A stretch of 64,000 nucleotides of DNA from Eledone cirrhosa (lineage: Eukaryota). Position numbers and translations under genes: made by a program. How positions within the stretch are numbered: the stretch's first letter is position 1; the number at the start of each line of letters is the position of its first letter. Positions 14,131 through 26,453 of the stretch are shown one piece after another. The DNA is taken from assembly GCA_964016885.1 (NCBI GenBank), contig OZ024742.1:180296001-180360000 (forward strand), in the 5' to 3' direction. The notes beneath the pieces were generated by a model that was given only the letters and a program-made list of their open reading frames with translations, had not been told where the DNA came from and searched no databases.

Positions 14131-14770
14131 CGCGCATGCGCAGTACAGACCAACCTTCTCGCATGTGCAGTATGGACCATCCGTCGCGCATGCACTGTAT
14201 GGACCACCCTTTACGCATGCGCACTTTTGACCAGCCTTTGCGCATGCACTGTATGGACAGCCTTCGTGCATGCGCACTTCCGACCAGGCTTCGTGCATGC
14301 GCACTTCTGACCAGATGTTGCGCATGTGCAGTACAGAACAGCCATCACGCATGCGCAGAACGGATTGACCTTCGCGCATGCGCACTTCGGACCAGACTTC
14401 GCGCATGCGGAGTACGGACGGCCTTCGTGCATGTGCACTTCGGACTAGGCTTTGTGCATGCGCAGTATGGACCAGCCCTCGTGCATGTGCACTTCGGACC
14501 AGCCTATGCACATGCACACTTCGGACCAGATTCCACACATGCGCAGTACGGACCAGGATTCGCGCATGGACCACACGTCGCGCATGCGCACTTCGGACCA
14601 GCCTTCGCGCATGCGCACTTCGGACCAGCCTTCGCGCATGCGCAGTACTGACCAGCCTTCGCGTATGCGCAGTATCAACCTGCCTTCGTGCATGCGCAAT
14701 TAGCACCTTCCTTCGCGCATGCTCACTCCGGACCAGACTTCGCGCATGCACACTTCGGACCAGACTTCAC
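14131..14770. repeat. 27-bp GC-rich minisatellite (~24 units) containing GCGCATGCGC, flanked by ~130-bp direct repeats
   Basis: Unit cgcgcatgcgca(ctt/gta)cggaccagcctt. The direct repeats are at ~13976-14105 and ~14813-14946. Confidence 0.95.
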
Positions 14771-15038
14771 CTATATATATGTCTATGTATGAATAGATAT
14801 ATTTGTGCGTGTGTGTGTCCGTTAGATGTATTATTGCATTTCATGAATTACGAAGAATTTGCAAGTTACTTCACCCGGGGAGGATTAATAATAGCTTCAC
14901 TAACTTAGGAAGACGATTTATGTGTGGTGCGGTATGTATGTGTGTGTGTATATCTATAAATATGTGTCTGCATCAGACATAATTTATATGCTATTACATT
15001 TATATATATCTAATCAATGGGCGTACAACAGTATTTAA

Positions 15039-15695
15039 TCTAAACTATAATAAGTAAGAAGCGCGGGACTGCGTATGGTTTATAATTTTTTATCCCCTTA
15101 GTAAAATAAGTTGGATTACTTTGAATAAATAATTAATGAATATTACATAATTTACCTACTAAATTGGCTGTTCATTAAATATATTTTATTACTTATTTAA
15201 AGATTCACTTCTTTAAAATTTTCAAACGTCAACACTTCCGGTTAGCAATTGTTTAAATAAATATTCATATATTTCTGCCACTAATTTTGCCCTAAAGCAG
15301 TTTATATATAATATCGTCTTTTTTTTAATGTATCGTGGATTACGTTACTGATTACATAAGACAGTGTAACACAGTCTTCGTTCAATTTCTGTGTATATTG
15401 TCAATTGCGATTTTATTTGATCATATCTACATGCATATATACTTGCGTATAATATCAATATACATACTACACATGCTAGCAGATATATAATATCGTCTTT
15501 TTTTAATGTATCATGTATTACGTTACTGATTACAGAAGACTCTGTAACACAATCTTCGTTCAATTTCTGTGTATATTGTCAATTACGATTTTATTTGATG
15601 TATCATATCTACATGCATATATACTTGCGTATAATATCAATATACACACTGCACAAGCTAGCAGTAAACCACCCGAAGGGTTGTTTTTCTGCTAG
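15039..15695 (+). mobile_element. Non-autonomous Helitron, complete (A|TC...CTAG|T), same termini as the large element
   Basis: 5' a|TCTAAACTATAATAAG at 15039 and 3' acccgaagggttgtttttctgCTAG|t at 15692-15695. The subterminal ~180 bp is tandemly duplicated (15296-15480, 15481-15664) and matches the reverse complement of 9391-9550. Confidence 0.85.
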
Positions 15696-16249
15696 TTATA
15701 TTAAATGAGTTAATAAATAAAACGTTATACTTGTTTTACCCTCCCATTTCCAATTAAATCGAACGCTATCATGACTGTATGTGTGTGTTTGTGTAAATGT
15801 ATATGTGTGAATGTATGTATGTTTGTATGAAAGTATGTGTGAATTATGTCCGTGAGTGTGTACTTTTATAAGTTTGTGTTTGCGCCATTATAGTTATATA
15901 CGTATACATATAGATGTACACACTCATACGCGTCAGTGTGTAGAAAATCATAATCTCTCTTTCAATATATATGGTAGTTGAAGTGGTGGTGGTGGCGACT
16001 ATATACCGGAAGTGCAACTTTGAAGAGAAGTCAACTTTAGATTTTTACGAAATTATTTGTTTATGAAATTTAGCACATACATTTATGTAATATTAATTCA
16101 TTATTTATTGAAAGTAATCCAACTTATTTTACTAACTGGATTAAAAGAAATAAACCGTACGCAGTCCTACAGCCCTTGCTTTATTATAGTTTAGATTAAA
16201 TGAAACTTCTTTGAATTTTGCTTCTTTCTCATATCTCTTCTTCTTTGAC

Positions 16250-16670
16250 TCTAAACTCTGCCAGTTGCAGCCTGCGCATCAAGATGAGATATTTTTCTCC
16301 ACAAAGTTCGATCACCAGCATCAAAATTTAAAAAGCAAAGATCGAGTCCAGGCCATAGGTTGACATTATCAAGCCATAGTTTTTGGTTGCCAGCCTCTGC
16401 TTCTTTTACTAGCCAACTATTCTTCCAGGCATAACCTACTCACACCATGAGTTGATCTTTTTACATGAGTTTGAGTACTCTTGACTTGACAATTGATGTA
16501 ATTGGTCTAAGTTTGGTAATGTTGAGCAGCTCACTGAGCCATTTGCCAGTCATAAGTCTCATGATTTGGTTCTGGAATGTAGAGAGCTTCTGAAGTGACC
16601 TTGTGGTCCAATTAACACAGTCAAGACCATATAACACAACTGTGGCAAAATTTGGTAATACAGACATTTA
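16250..16670 (-). mobile_element. LINE (RTE-like) 3' coding fragment
   Basis: VLYGLDCVNWTTRSLQKLSTFQNQIMRLMTG...SIVKSRVLKL resembles the post-RT LLYG-E-W region of RTE-group LINEs. Confidence 0.55.
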
Positions 16671-16749
16671 ACAATCAATTGTCATTCAAATGATATCATA
16701 AGTGCATAAAAAAAACAGTAAATGTCTTTACAAGGTATTTAAATTTATA

Positions 16750-18645
16750 ATGTCCTTCTCAGGATATGGGCATTGTCAGTCAATACTATTTGCTGTATTT
16801 CTTGCAGAGATGGTTTTCCAGGTATCTGGTGCAAATATTTTTATGTTCCCTTTTTTATCATACCAAGTCCACCGACTATCATTGGTATTGAACAGACCTT
16901 AAAATGCCATATTTTCTCAATTTCAATTGTCAGATCTTTATATTTACTGAGCTTTCAGAACTCCTTCGAGGAGATATTACAATCTGATGGAATGCTCATG
17001 TCAATTAAGAAGCATGTTTTCTTTTTATGGCCCTTCACAGTTATATTGGGTCTATTGGCCTTGATTGTTCTGGCCGTGTTCAAATAAAAATCCTATAGGA
17101 TTATCATATTATTGTCTCATGTTACTGCAACTGGGTGATGCTTGTACCACATCTCTGTTTTATACCATAAAATCTGCATATTACCCACTGTAAATATTTC
17201 CCTATTCTATCATGCCTAGTTTTATACTACTGGGGAGCTAATACTTTGCAGCCTGAAACCAGGTGGTCAATGGTCTGAACTTGTTCATCGCAAAATTGAC
17301 ACTGATGACATTGGCTTGAAAGTTGCACGTTGAAAAACACTGATCAGGGCCTGCTTTTAACCCAGAACTCTGCAGCCACTGATAGGTGAGAGTTTGATCT
17401 ACATCAGGTTGCTATGGTGAACATATTCCCCATGTAGTGGTTTTTGCTCCCATTTAGCACACAGTTTCTGTTAACCTTCATTTTTTGCCCATATTTTGAT
17501 ACCTTTTCAGCATTAATTGCAGAATTGTCGTCATTTTAAAAATGTATTCCCAATTATTCCACAAACTTCCTATTCTTTCATGATTTAATGTAAATACTTA
17601 TTCATTTTATGATCTTCAATCATTTTCAACATCCAGTCATCTGTAGTTTTACGGTATTGTTTGAGTCAAATGGCATGATACTCAAGCTGGATTATTCCTC
17701 TACCTCTGCTTTTTCTAGTGAGATAGAATCAATCCATATCATCTGCTTTTTAGTGATATAGTTTATTGTAAGTCAGAAGTTTCCTGATTTTGGTGTCCAT
17801 TTTGTTTATTTCATTAATGTTCGAATTTATGATGTTGAAATTAAAGGTGACAACTAGGATTGCGAGAGCATTTATAGCAGATATTTGATGCTTGGAGTTG
17901 AGCTCAGTTTTCAAGACAGTTCTTACTCTCTGGTCGCATTTTTTTCTCATCTACTCTTTCATGCTGGCATTGTAAATACTTTGGCCTTCATTGATCCCTA
18001 AATATGTGTAAGGCTGTTCCTGTTCTAGTTCCTTAATTATTGTTGTCATATCTATTTCCATTGAGTTTGTGTTTGTCATTCTGCCTTTCCTGGATGTTGT
18101 TTTTACACATTTTCTAGTCCAAACTCCATCCCTACATCATCATTTAGCACCTTAAATGTCTTCAGCAGTCCTTCCAATTCATTGTCATTTGTGGCATACT
18201 GTTTCACGTCATCCTTATAAAACAGATAATTATGGTTTTTGTCATCTATTTTGTATTGTTGAGTGCTAGAGTAAAAGGTTTAAGTGAAATGCAAAATATA
18301 AGTGGAGGAAACGAATCAATTTGAAAAATAGCATAGTTAATGTTTATGCTGCTGGAATTTATAGTTCCATCAGTGTATGCCAATAACTGATTTGTATTCA
18401 ATAGAAATACACTGTATTTCAAGAAGTTGGATATTACAAGAGGAATTTTCAGAACATCCATGGTTTTCAAAATCCATGAGTTGGAAACACTGTCAAATGC
18501 TTTTTTATAGTCAATCCAAACAGTACTCAACCTTCTGCGTTTGTTATGACAGTTTTCCTGTTTTATTAGAATTAGAAGGCCTTTACAACAACAACTTTTC
18601 TGCTCAATAGGGAAAAGATGGATCAAAACAAACACCAGTGACACT
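16750..18645 (-). mobile_element. RLE-type LINE (R4/Dong-like) RT + endonuclease, decayed
   Basis: WIDYKKAFDSV, IFQIDSFPPLIFCISL, YKDDVK, YLGI, ELNSKHQISAINALAI, DHLVSGC, ANRPNI and LIDMSIP motifs occur in order across frames. Confidence 0.85.
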
Positions 18646-18729
18646 TGTTAAAAATACTGAAAGACAAACATTGTTCAAATAAATAAATAAATAAATAAAC
18701 ACTATATCGAATCAAAGACATAGATAATA

Positions 18730-18945
18730 ATGGTTTCTGATTTAGGCACAAGGCCAGCAATTTTAGGGGAGGGGGAAGTGAATTAAATCGACCCCAGTGC
18801 ATGACTGGTATTTTATTTTATCGACCCCATAAGGATGAAAAGCAAAGCTAACTTCAGTGGCATTTGAACTCAGAGCGTAAAGGGCCGTAACTCTATACCG
18901 GGAAGCAGAATGCCCAATTTTTTATTGATACTGCCAACCCACCAT
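18730..18945 (-). mobile_element. SINE-A, older long subfamily (extra ~30-bp segment before the tail)
   Basis: Contains the extra block ggtcgatttaattcacttccccctccccc on the element strand. Similar long copies lie at 22952-23166, 27440-27640, 42175-42575 and 51355-51548. Confidence 0.8.
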
Positions 18946-19679
18946 CCTAAAGACATAAATAATAATAACCACAATATGTCCAAAAATGGTAATTTTCATA
19001 ACAACAACAACAATACACCCACACTTTGACAGTAACACACAGACACAAACATTGTTCACCAATGTAGTATCAAATATTTAATGTTTATACATGGCAAAAG
19101 GAAAGACCAAAACAGACCACTGGTTATCTGTATTCAAAAAGATTGTATCTCTTTGCCCTAAGAATATATCCAGAAGCAGACAACAGGAGAGAACTGATTT
19201 ACCTTTGTTTTACAAAGGAAGGGGTCCTTTTCCATGCCTTCAAAGAATTGATTTCAAGAAGATCTAGCTGATGATAAAGATTTTAAGTATATAAAAGGGC
19301 AAATCCTATGGGACCATGTACCTGACTTTCAGGAATAAGGAGAAATCAAAGAGACAAGCAGAAACAGTGCACAAAATCTCAACTTATTGTTGCTGCTCTT
19401 ATATCTGTTCTTGCAATATATAGCTTAAGATTAAAAAAGACAGAGAACTATTAGAGAAACTCTTATTAGATAGAGGGGAATGATTATAGTTCAAACACAC
19501 ATGACTCCATACCAATAAATATTGTCTCCTCCAACTCTTCCTTACCCCACTTTCCTCTCCAAATGCAGGATTAATTTTTGAATCACTCAATGACATTTCT
19601 AGCATGTAATTCTCATTAACGTGTTTGTGTTTATGTTTGAACTACGCTCTTATATGTAAGGGACAGTAAAGGTTAAATA

Positions 19680-19680
<1 letters not shown>

Positions 19681-19711
<31 letters not shown>

Positions 19712-19729
19712 ATATATATATATATATTT

Positions 19730-19787
<58 letters not shown>

Positions 19788-19874
19788 ATTTATATATATA
19801 TATATTTATATATATATATATTTATATATTTATATATATATATATTTATATATTTATATATATATATATTTATA

Positions 19875-19928
<54 letters not shown>

Positions 19929-20745
19929 TGTGTGTGTGTATATATATATCGATAGATAGTTTTATATATATATATATATAAGAGATAGATATGTAGGTAG
20001 GTATTCATTCCTTGTTGATTTCACCTTTGGATGTGATTGAATACATTTATCTGATTTCAAAATAATTTGATCTCTGCCATTTTCCTGGAATTATTGTGGA
20101 ATCCAAAGTAATATAGTAATTATATGACATCCTCTGCATGTATATATGTATATATATATATATTCATATATATACTGTCAGACATTCAGACATGTGCAAA
20201 CACACACACTCTCTCATACACACATGCACATGTGTGTTGCCAAAATTGTTTTTGCAATCTTTGCCATCAAAATGAAGGATGGTGGAAGTGGAAGATTGCT
20301 AGACCATACATACACATACACATTGGCATAAGCACACATGCAAATATCCATGCATACGCACATACATATACACACATGCACACCAACAGATGCATGTAGA
20401 CACTTGCACATGCACACATCCATCAAAGGACATGTGCACACACGCATACATATATTCATATATATATATATACACATACTGACAGGCACAGAAATATATG
20501 CATACACACACATACATATACACATATACAGAAACATGCATATAAACATAGACACATTTATATATACATATGCAAACACTGATAGACACATTCTCACCTC
20601 ACATTGGCACTCATAAACACACACATACACGCAGGCACAATCATATAGACTTACTCAGAAACATGAATACATATGTACCCATACACACACACACACATAT
20701 GTATCACCTTTTATTTTATATATAATTGACTATATATATATATAT
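19681..20745. repeat. Compound (CT)n/(TA)n/(CA)n microsatellite region
   Basis: Directly visible dinucleotide tracts. Confidence 0.95.
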
Positions 20746-20890
20746 CCGTCTCGGTGGTCTAGTGGTAGGTATTAGAGATGACGGAGATCTTGGTCCTGGG
20801 TTCAATCTTGCCCAGGGACTATAATGTTCGTCTAACCCATGCTAGCATGGAAAATAGATGTTAAACAATTATGATGATGATGATGATGAT
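20746..20890 (+). mobile_element. Short SINE: tRNA(Glu)-like head fused directly to an RTE/Bov-B-type 3' tail
   Basis: ggtggtctagtggt (A box) ... gggttcaatc (B box) ... caggga, then aacccatgctagcatggaaaatagatgttaaac(gat)n. The tail matches the LINE tail at 44445-44490(-). Confidence 0.65.
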
Positions 20891-20923
20891 ATATGTATGC
20901 ATGTATGTATATGCATAAATAAT

Positions 20924-21107
20924 TGTTTCTACGTTAGGCACAAGGCCAGCAATTACCCAGTGCATTACTGGTACTTTATTTTATCGACCCCATAAGGATG
21001 AAAGGCAAAGTTAACCTTGGCGGGATTTGAACTCAGAATGGCAAGGGCCGTAACTCTATACGTCAAAGCATGGCGTCCGACCCTCTACCAATACTGCCAA
21101 TCCACCT
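20924..21107 (-). mobile_element. SINE-A with 18-bp TSD
   Basis: tgtatatgcataaataat at 20906-20923 and 21108-21125. Confidence 0.92.
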
Positions 21108-22951
21108 TGTATATGCATAAATAATGTCTCTCCTAAAATTACTCATTACTTATTGATTGTACCTAGTGTTTGTGTGTGTGTCTTCCCTCCCTAATGCCAG
21201 CCACTTTATAGGATGGACTGGGTACATTTTCATCATGACATCAATGCTAAGGAAGTTGTCGGATGGACTGTCATTTTTTGCAGCATCTTGCAGCAGAACC
21301 CAGACAATTTTGCTACTCTGTATGTTTTACAGTGTCTTCTGTGTGTGATGTGTGTGTGTGTGATTTTTGCACCATTTGAACACAATAGGTTGTTCCAAAC
21401 AAGGTGGACAATGTTGTTATATCAGTATAATATAGTAATGACTTGATAGCAAGTACATGTAATGCTTTTTTGCCAACATTTTAATGAATGATGCAACCTA
21501 TGATTTTCAAATAATTTTAAAAATAATCAAGAATTATTTTATGATTGAAATTTTGGTTTTATGTAAAGTTAGACTGGTAGAGTTTGATCTGCCCTCCCTC
21601 TCTTCCTTTCCTTCACTACTTAATTCTCTTTTTTTCTTTTTCTTCTTTCCCTTTCATTTTTTTTTTCATTGATATTGATATATTTTTATTTTGTCTAACT
21701 TTACATGATATTAAAATATCAAGAATTTGGAGAAATTTAGTAATATTAATAACATTTTATTTTTTTTATTGAACTTCTGTTTAGAATATACCTTAACAAA
21801 TGTTCTTGCCAAAAAATAATGAGGTAATGTATTTAGACAAATATAAACATTTCAAAATAAGAAGTAACATAATAGAAAGAACTAGGTATGGCAGTTAGAT
21901 ATCAAAAGTGTTAACTTCACTATTTCAGAAATCAAACTGTTGCTATTGCCATGACCTGAGGGATTTCACATCAGTAGTAAATATCTTCTGTAGCTCACTC
22001 ATTTCTCCGAAAATTCACATTCAATTTCTCCAATTGGCACCAAACAAACTTCTTATTTAATTTAACTCCTAACAATACGTATATTAAGATCACTATTTTT
22101 TTCTTCATTTTATTTGATTTCACATTTTCTTTCATGTATTTTGTTTTTTGGAATCCAATAAGTTTGTAACGAAGCAATCGTTCAAACTGATAGAAAGACA
22201 AATATACTGTTTCGTTTATCATCAGCTAGACTCCTGACTGATGACATTGAGATACATACATTCATACACATACACACACATATGCATGTGCATGTATATG
22301 CACACACATACACATGCGTGCACATGTATATATATATATATATACACATACACAAATGCGTGCGCATGTATATATATATATATATATACACACATACACA
22401 CACGCACACATATATATATAGAGAGAGAGAGGTGAGAGAGAGGAACAAACAGACAGAGAAAAAATAAGAGGGTTAAAAATCAGAGAAAGAGAGGGAGAGA
22501 GAGAGCGAGGGAGAGAGAGAGAGAGAGGGAGGGGGAGAGAGAGATTGGCCTAACATTAAATAGTCTCTTAGCAATAATCAACTTCCCAAGAGATTAAATG
22601 CAATTTTTTTTAATCAGAAAGATGGAAGAGATTGCACACAAGTTCCTAACAAGATCAGCCGAATTTTCTTTCACAGATCTTTTTTTCTTTTCAATGGATC
22701 AATGAATGGACGAATTATAAGAGATTTACCAATCAACTATATTGCATGTGAGTACACTTTTTAAGAAAGTGAAAGAAGCTTGCTAAATTCGTCTGCCATT
22801 ATATTCTATCTCACTATTTGATAACAAGGGCAAGTTAACTTTTTCTTGACCATATTTCTAAATAAAGGTACTACCTATGATTTTCAAAGAATTTGAAAAT
22901 AATCAAAACTTTGGAGGGATTTAGTACAATAATATTTTCATCATTAAATTG

Positions 22952-23362
22952 AGGTGGATTTGCAATATCGGTAGAGGGTCGGATGCTTTGCTTTGCAGCA
23001 TAGAGTTATGGCCCTTTATGATCTGAGTTCAAATCCTGCCGAGGTTAACTTTGCCTTTCATCCTTATGGGATCGATAAAATAAAGTACCATACACGCACT
23101 GGGTCGATTTAATCGACTTTACCCTCCCCCAAAATTGCTGGCCTTGTGCCTATATAAGAAACCATTATTAAATTGAGGTGGATTGGCAGTATCGGTAGAG
23201 GGTCAGACGCCATGCTTTGCAGCATAGAGTTATGGCCCTTTATGATTTGAGTTCAAATCCTGCTGAGATTAAGTTGCCTTTCATCCTTATGGGTTCGATA
23301 AAATAAAATACCTGTAATACACTGGGATAATGGCTGGCCTTGTGCCAAAAGTAGAAACAATT
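22952..23362 (+). mobile_element. Two tandem SINE-A copies (long then short subfamily) with the same 11-bp TSD three times
   Basis: attaaattgag at 22943-22953, 23167-23177 and 23363-23373. Confidence 0.9.
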
Positions 23363-24276
23363 ATTAAATTGAGTTGGGGAGCATAATTTAACAAAGGTTT
23401 TTAGATAGATATAAACACTTTAAAATATACAAACTTTTAGAGTACAACCATGAGTCATTTCTGGTGTTTTTTTTTTTAATCAAAAGAATTACAGTATTTA
23501 CGTGTGTGTAGACCAGGGCTATTCACCAAAAAATATTTCTATATTAAGTGTAGCTGAGCTAAGTCCATCACTTTCTATACTATAATTTGAAGAACATTTT
23601 GAACTTCATATTGTAAATAAATAGATCTTGTAGGATAAAGCTACACTGGGTGATCTAATAATACCTGTAGACATTAGTTGTTATATCTTGATCTGTCTTT
23701 AACCCATGTGATATCAAACTAGATGTGATTGTCCCTAGTTCTATGATGTAAACGTTTCATATTAAAATGTTTATATTTATCTAAAATCCTCCCATCATAA
23801 TTTTATATAAGAAACTTTGTTACATTATGTCCTAACCACCATCTTATTAATTAGAAAAATACTAAACTCCTCCAAATTTTTCATTAATTTCAAAATGTTT
23901 TTAAAAATGCTTTTAAAAATCATAGGTAGTGTCTTTCATTACAATAATGAAATGGTTAAAATGTTTATATTTAGCTTAAAACCTTCCATCATAATTTTAT
24001 GTCAGAGCCTTTGTTAAATGGCCTTCGAGGTGGCACAGCATCAGGTTGAACCCAAACATATAATAATACATACAGGAATTGCAAACACAAGGTTCTAAAA
24101 ACCTTTGTTAAGTACAAACCACTACCTCCCTATGGACAACTGACGCTGCACATCAGGTCCGAACATGGAAAAGCCACCATCTCTCTCGTCCTCCCCATCT
24201 CTCTGTATTATGAGAAAATGGGGTCCCACGTGCTGGCCACCCCATTGTTAAATTATGTTTTGAGTATCAGTTTAAT

Positions 24277-24465
24277 AATTGTTTCTACTTTTGGCACAAG
24301 GCCAGCAATTACCCAGTGCATTACTGGTACTTTATTTTATCGACCCCATAAGGATGAAAGGCAAAGTTAACCTCGGCGGGATTTGAACTCAGAATGGCAA
24401 GGGCCGTAACTCTATGCATCAAAGCATGGCGTCCGACCCTCTACCGATACTGCCAATCCACTTTT
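24277..24465 (-). mobile_element. SINE-A inside a P2 MITE
   Basis: Full consensus copy flanked by tttaataat. Further copies lie at 25052-25207(-), 26212-26330(+), 30210-30392(-), 30418-30525(-) and 36688-37030(+, two). Confidence 0.88.
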
Positions 24466-26453
24466 AATAATGAGAACATTTCTTATAATACTAAATCCAT
24501 CCAAATTCTTCATTATATTAATTTAAAATAATACGTAGTGTTTTCCAGTAGAAATATGGTTATGAAAGAGCTAAAGATCCAGCTGGACCCAAAATACTAA
24601 TTTGGAATTCTTAGCAATAGACCCTTGCTTGAAGAAACCTTGAATACACCAGAAGGAATAAATCATAGACAGTGTTTTTCAATATGATAATGAAAGTATT
24701 AAAGTTAAAGCTAAACCCAAAAGATTCATGGGGCATTTCAGCAATAGACTCTTGCTTGAAAAAAGCTAGGATATACTAGTATTAATAAAATCATCATATT
24801 TATCTGTTACTATAAACATTTAATGACTTCAAAAGGCTGAAAGGCAAGTTGACCTTGATAAGATTTGAAATCAGAAGGTAAAGGGTTGAGACAAATACTG
24901 CAAATTACTTTGTCTGGCACTTTACTGATTCTGCCAATCCCAAATAGTGGATGTTTTCAAATAAATATGGAATGAACAATAGACACTGTGGGTTTTTGTA
25001 GCCTTCAGAGTTATATGTTATTTAACTCTTAATGTCTTCTACTACATGAAATAATTATTTCTACTTTTTGGCACAAGGCCAGCAATTATCCCAGTGTATT
25101 ACTGGTACTTTATTTTATTGACCCCGTAAGGATGAAAGGCAAAGTTAACCTCGGCGGGATTTGAACTCAGACCATAAAGATCCTCTACCGATACTGCCAA
25201 TCCACCAAAATAATATTAGTAAGATATTCTTGAAAAGTGTACAGCAGCACTATGACTGTACCACATCAAAATTTAAAGTCTTTACTCTGATATTCCAAAT
25301 GTTCATGATGATCTGTCCACTAGTAAATATTCTATAAACATCTGAATTAACAAGTACCATGAAACTACCTAAGTCAGACGTTCTTGGAAAGCACAAAAAA
25401 GCATTATGATGGTATTACATTAAAAATTAAAATCTATAGTTTACTGCAAATTTTCACTGCAATCTGTCTACTAGTAAAATGATACAAACTTGTTTATTTA
25501 GTTATTTTCATTGCAGGTTGTTAAGAATTAAAACTATGTGATAGATTAACAATGAGATGGCAAAATATAAAATTGGTTTAAAATGATAAATGATAGACCA
25601 TATTTAAAAGAGAGAGAGAGAGAGTTGTTGATATATTACGCCATATATTTGTTATATACATATTTATAACTCCTCATATTCTATAGGTCACAAGAAATGT
25701 ACAAGATTATTTTGTTATTTTGATTTACCCATTGAATAATTTTAATCATTCTTTTTGTTGAGGATCATACTACAATTTTTATGATCCTCAACACTTTCTG
25801 AAAATAAATGGTAACCACACCTTACCATATAGTTAATTCCCAAGCTTTACTTCCTATCAAAAGTAATAAGTGACAGAATCACACTTCTATACTATTCTGA
25901 CAGCAATTTTTAACTGTCAGAGACCACCAATGGCTCTATGACACAAAGCTGTTTGTTTTGAAGTGTTATGTCTATCTAAAAATCTTCAATCACAATTTTC
26001 TATAAGAACAATGTTAACTCTTTTCTGACAAGACCAGCCAAGCTCATGGATGTTATCCAACCATCTTGCTCAGGGTCTACTCCTGGGCCTCCTGCCAGTT
26101 GGTTTTGTCCTTGTATTTTAATTATCAAAACAATCAAATAATCTGAAAGGATTAATGAAATAACTAACTTTCAACTTGATAATAAAAGACAAATATTCAT
26201 CTACTGAAATCTTTGAGTTCAAATCCCGTCGAGGTTGACTTTGCCTTTCATCCTTACGGGGTCGATAAAATAAAGTACCAGTAATGCACTGGTTATTGCT
26301 GGCCTTGTGCCTAAAGTAGAAACAATTATCTGCCATGTAATAATAAGATTTCAGTTTTACATATTGGTAGATTTGTGATAATATTTCTAATGAAATATAT
26401 TGTATTTCAATCAGTAAATGAAATATTTGGATGGATTTACTAAAATTATTTCA

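Larger units (their letters stand above)
9391..16195 (-). mobile_element. Helitron, autonomous-type but decayed; 5' A|TC at 16195, 3' hairpin + CTAG|T at 9391
   Basis: The 5' end reads a|TCTAAACTATAATAAAGC on the minus strand. The 3' end reads cgccc-gaa-gggcg...ctgCTAG|t. Rep and helicase remnants lie between. Joining the two ends into one element is an inference. Confidence 0.7.

Noticed and set aside
14131-14770. CRISPR-like array
   Set aside because: The units are contiguous with no unique spacers, the context is eukaryotic and there are no cas genes.
14063-14908. Long overlapping ORFs (176-215 aa) on both strands
   Set aside because: They are translations of the 27-bp minisatellite, whose unit length is divisible by 3 and which lacks stops; there is no evidence of coding.
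19790-22467. Cys/Val/Tyr/His-rich ORFs (also 13482-13972, 30877-31513, 32200-32524, 57690-58022)
   Set aside because: Translations of (CA)/(TA)/(GTAT) and pentamer microsatellites.
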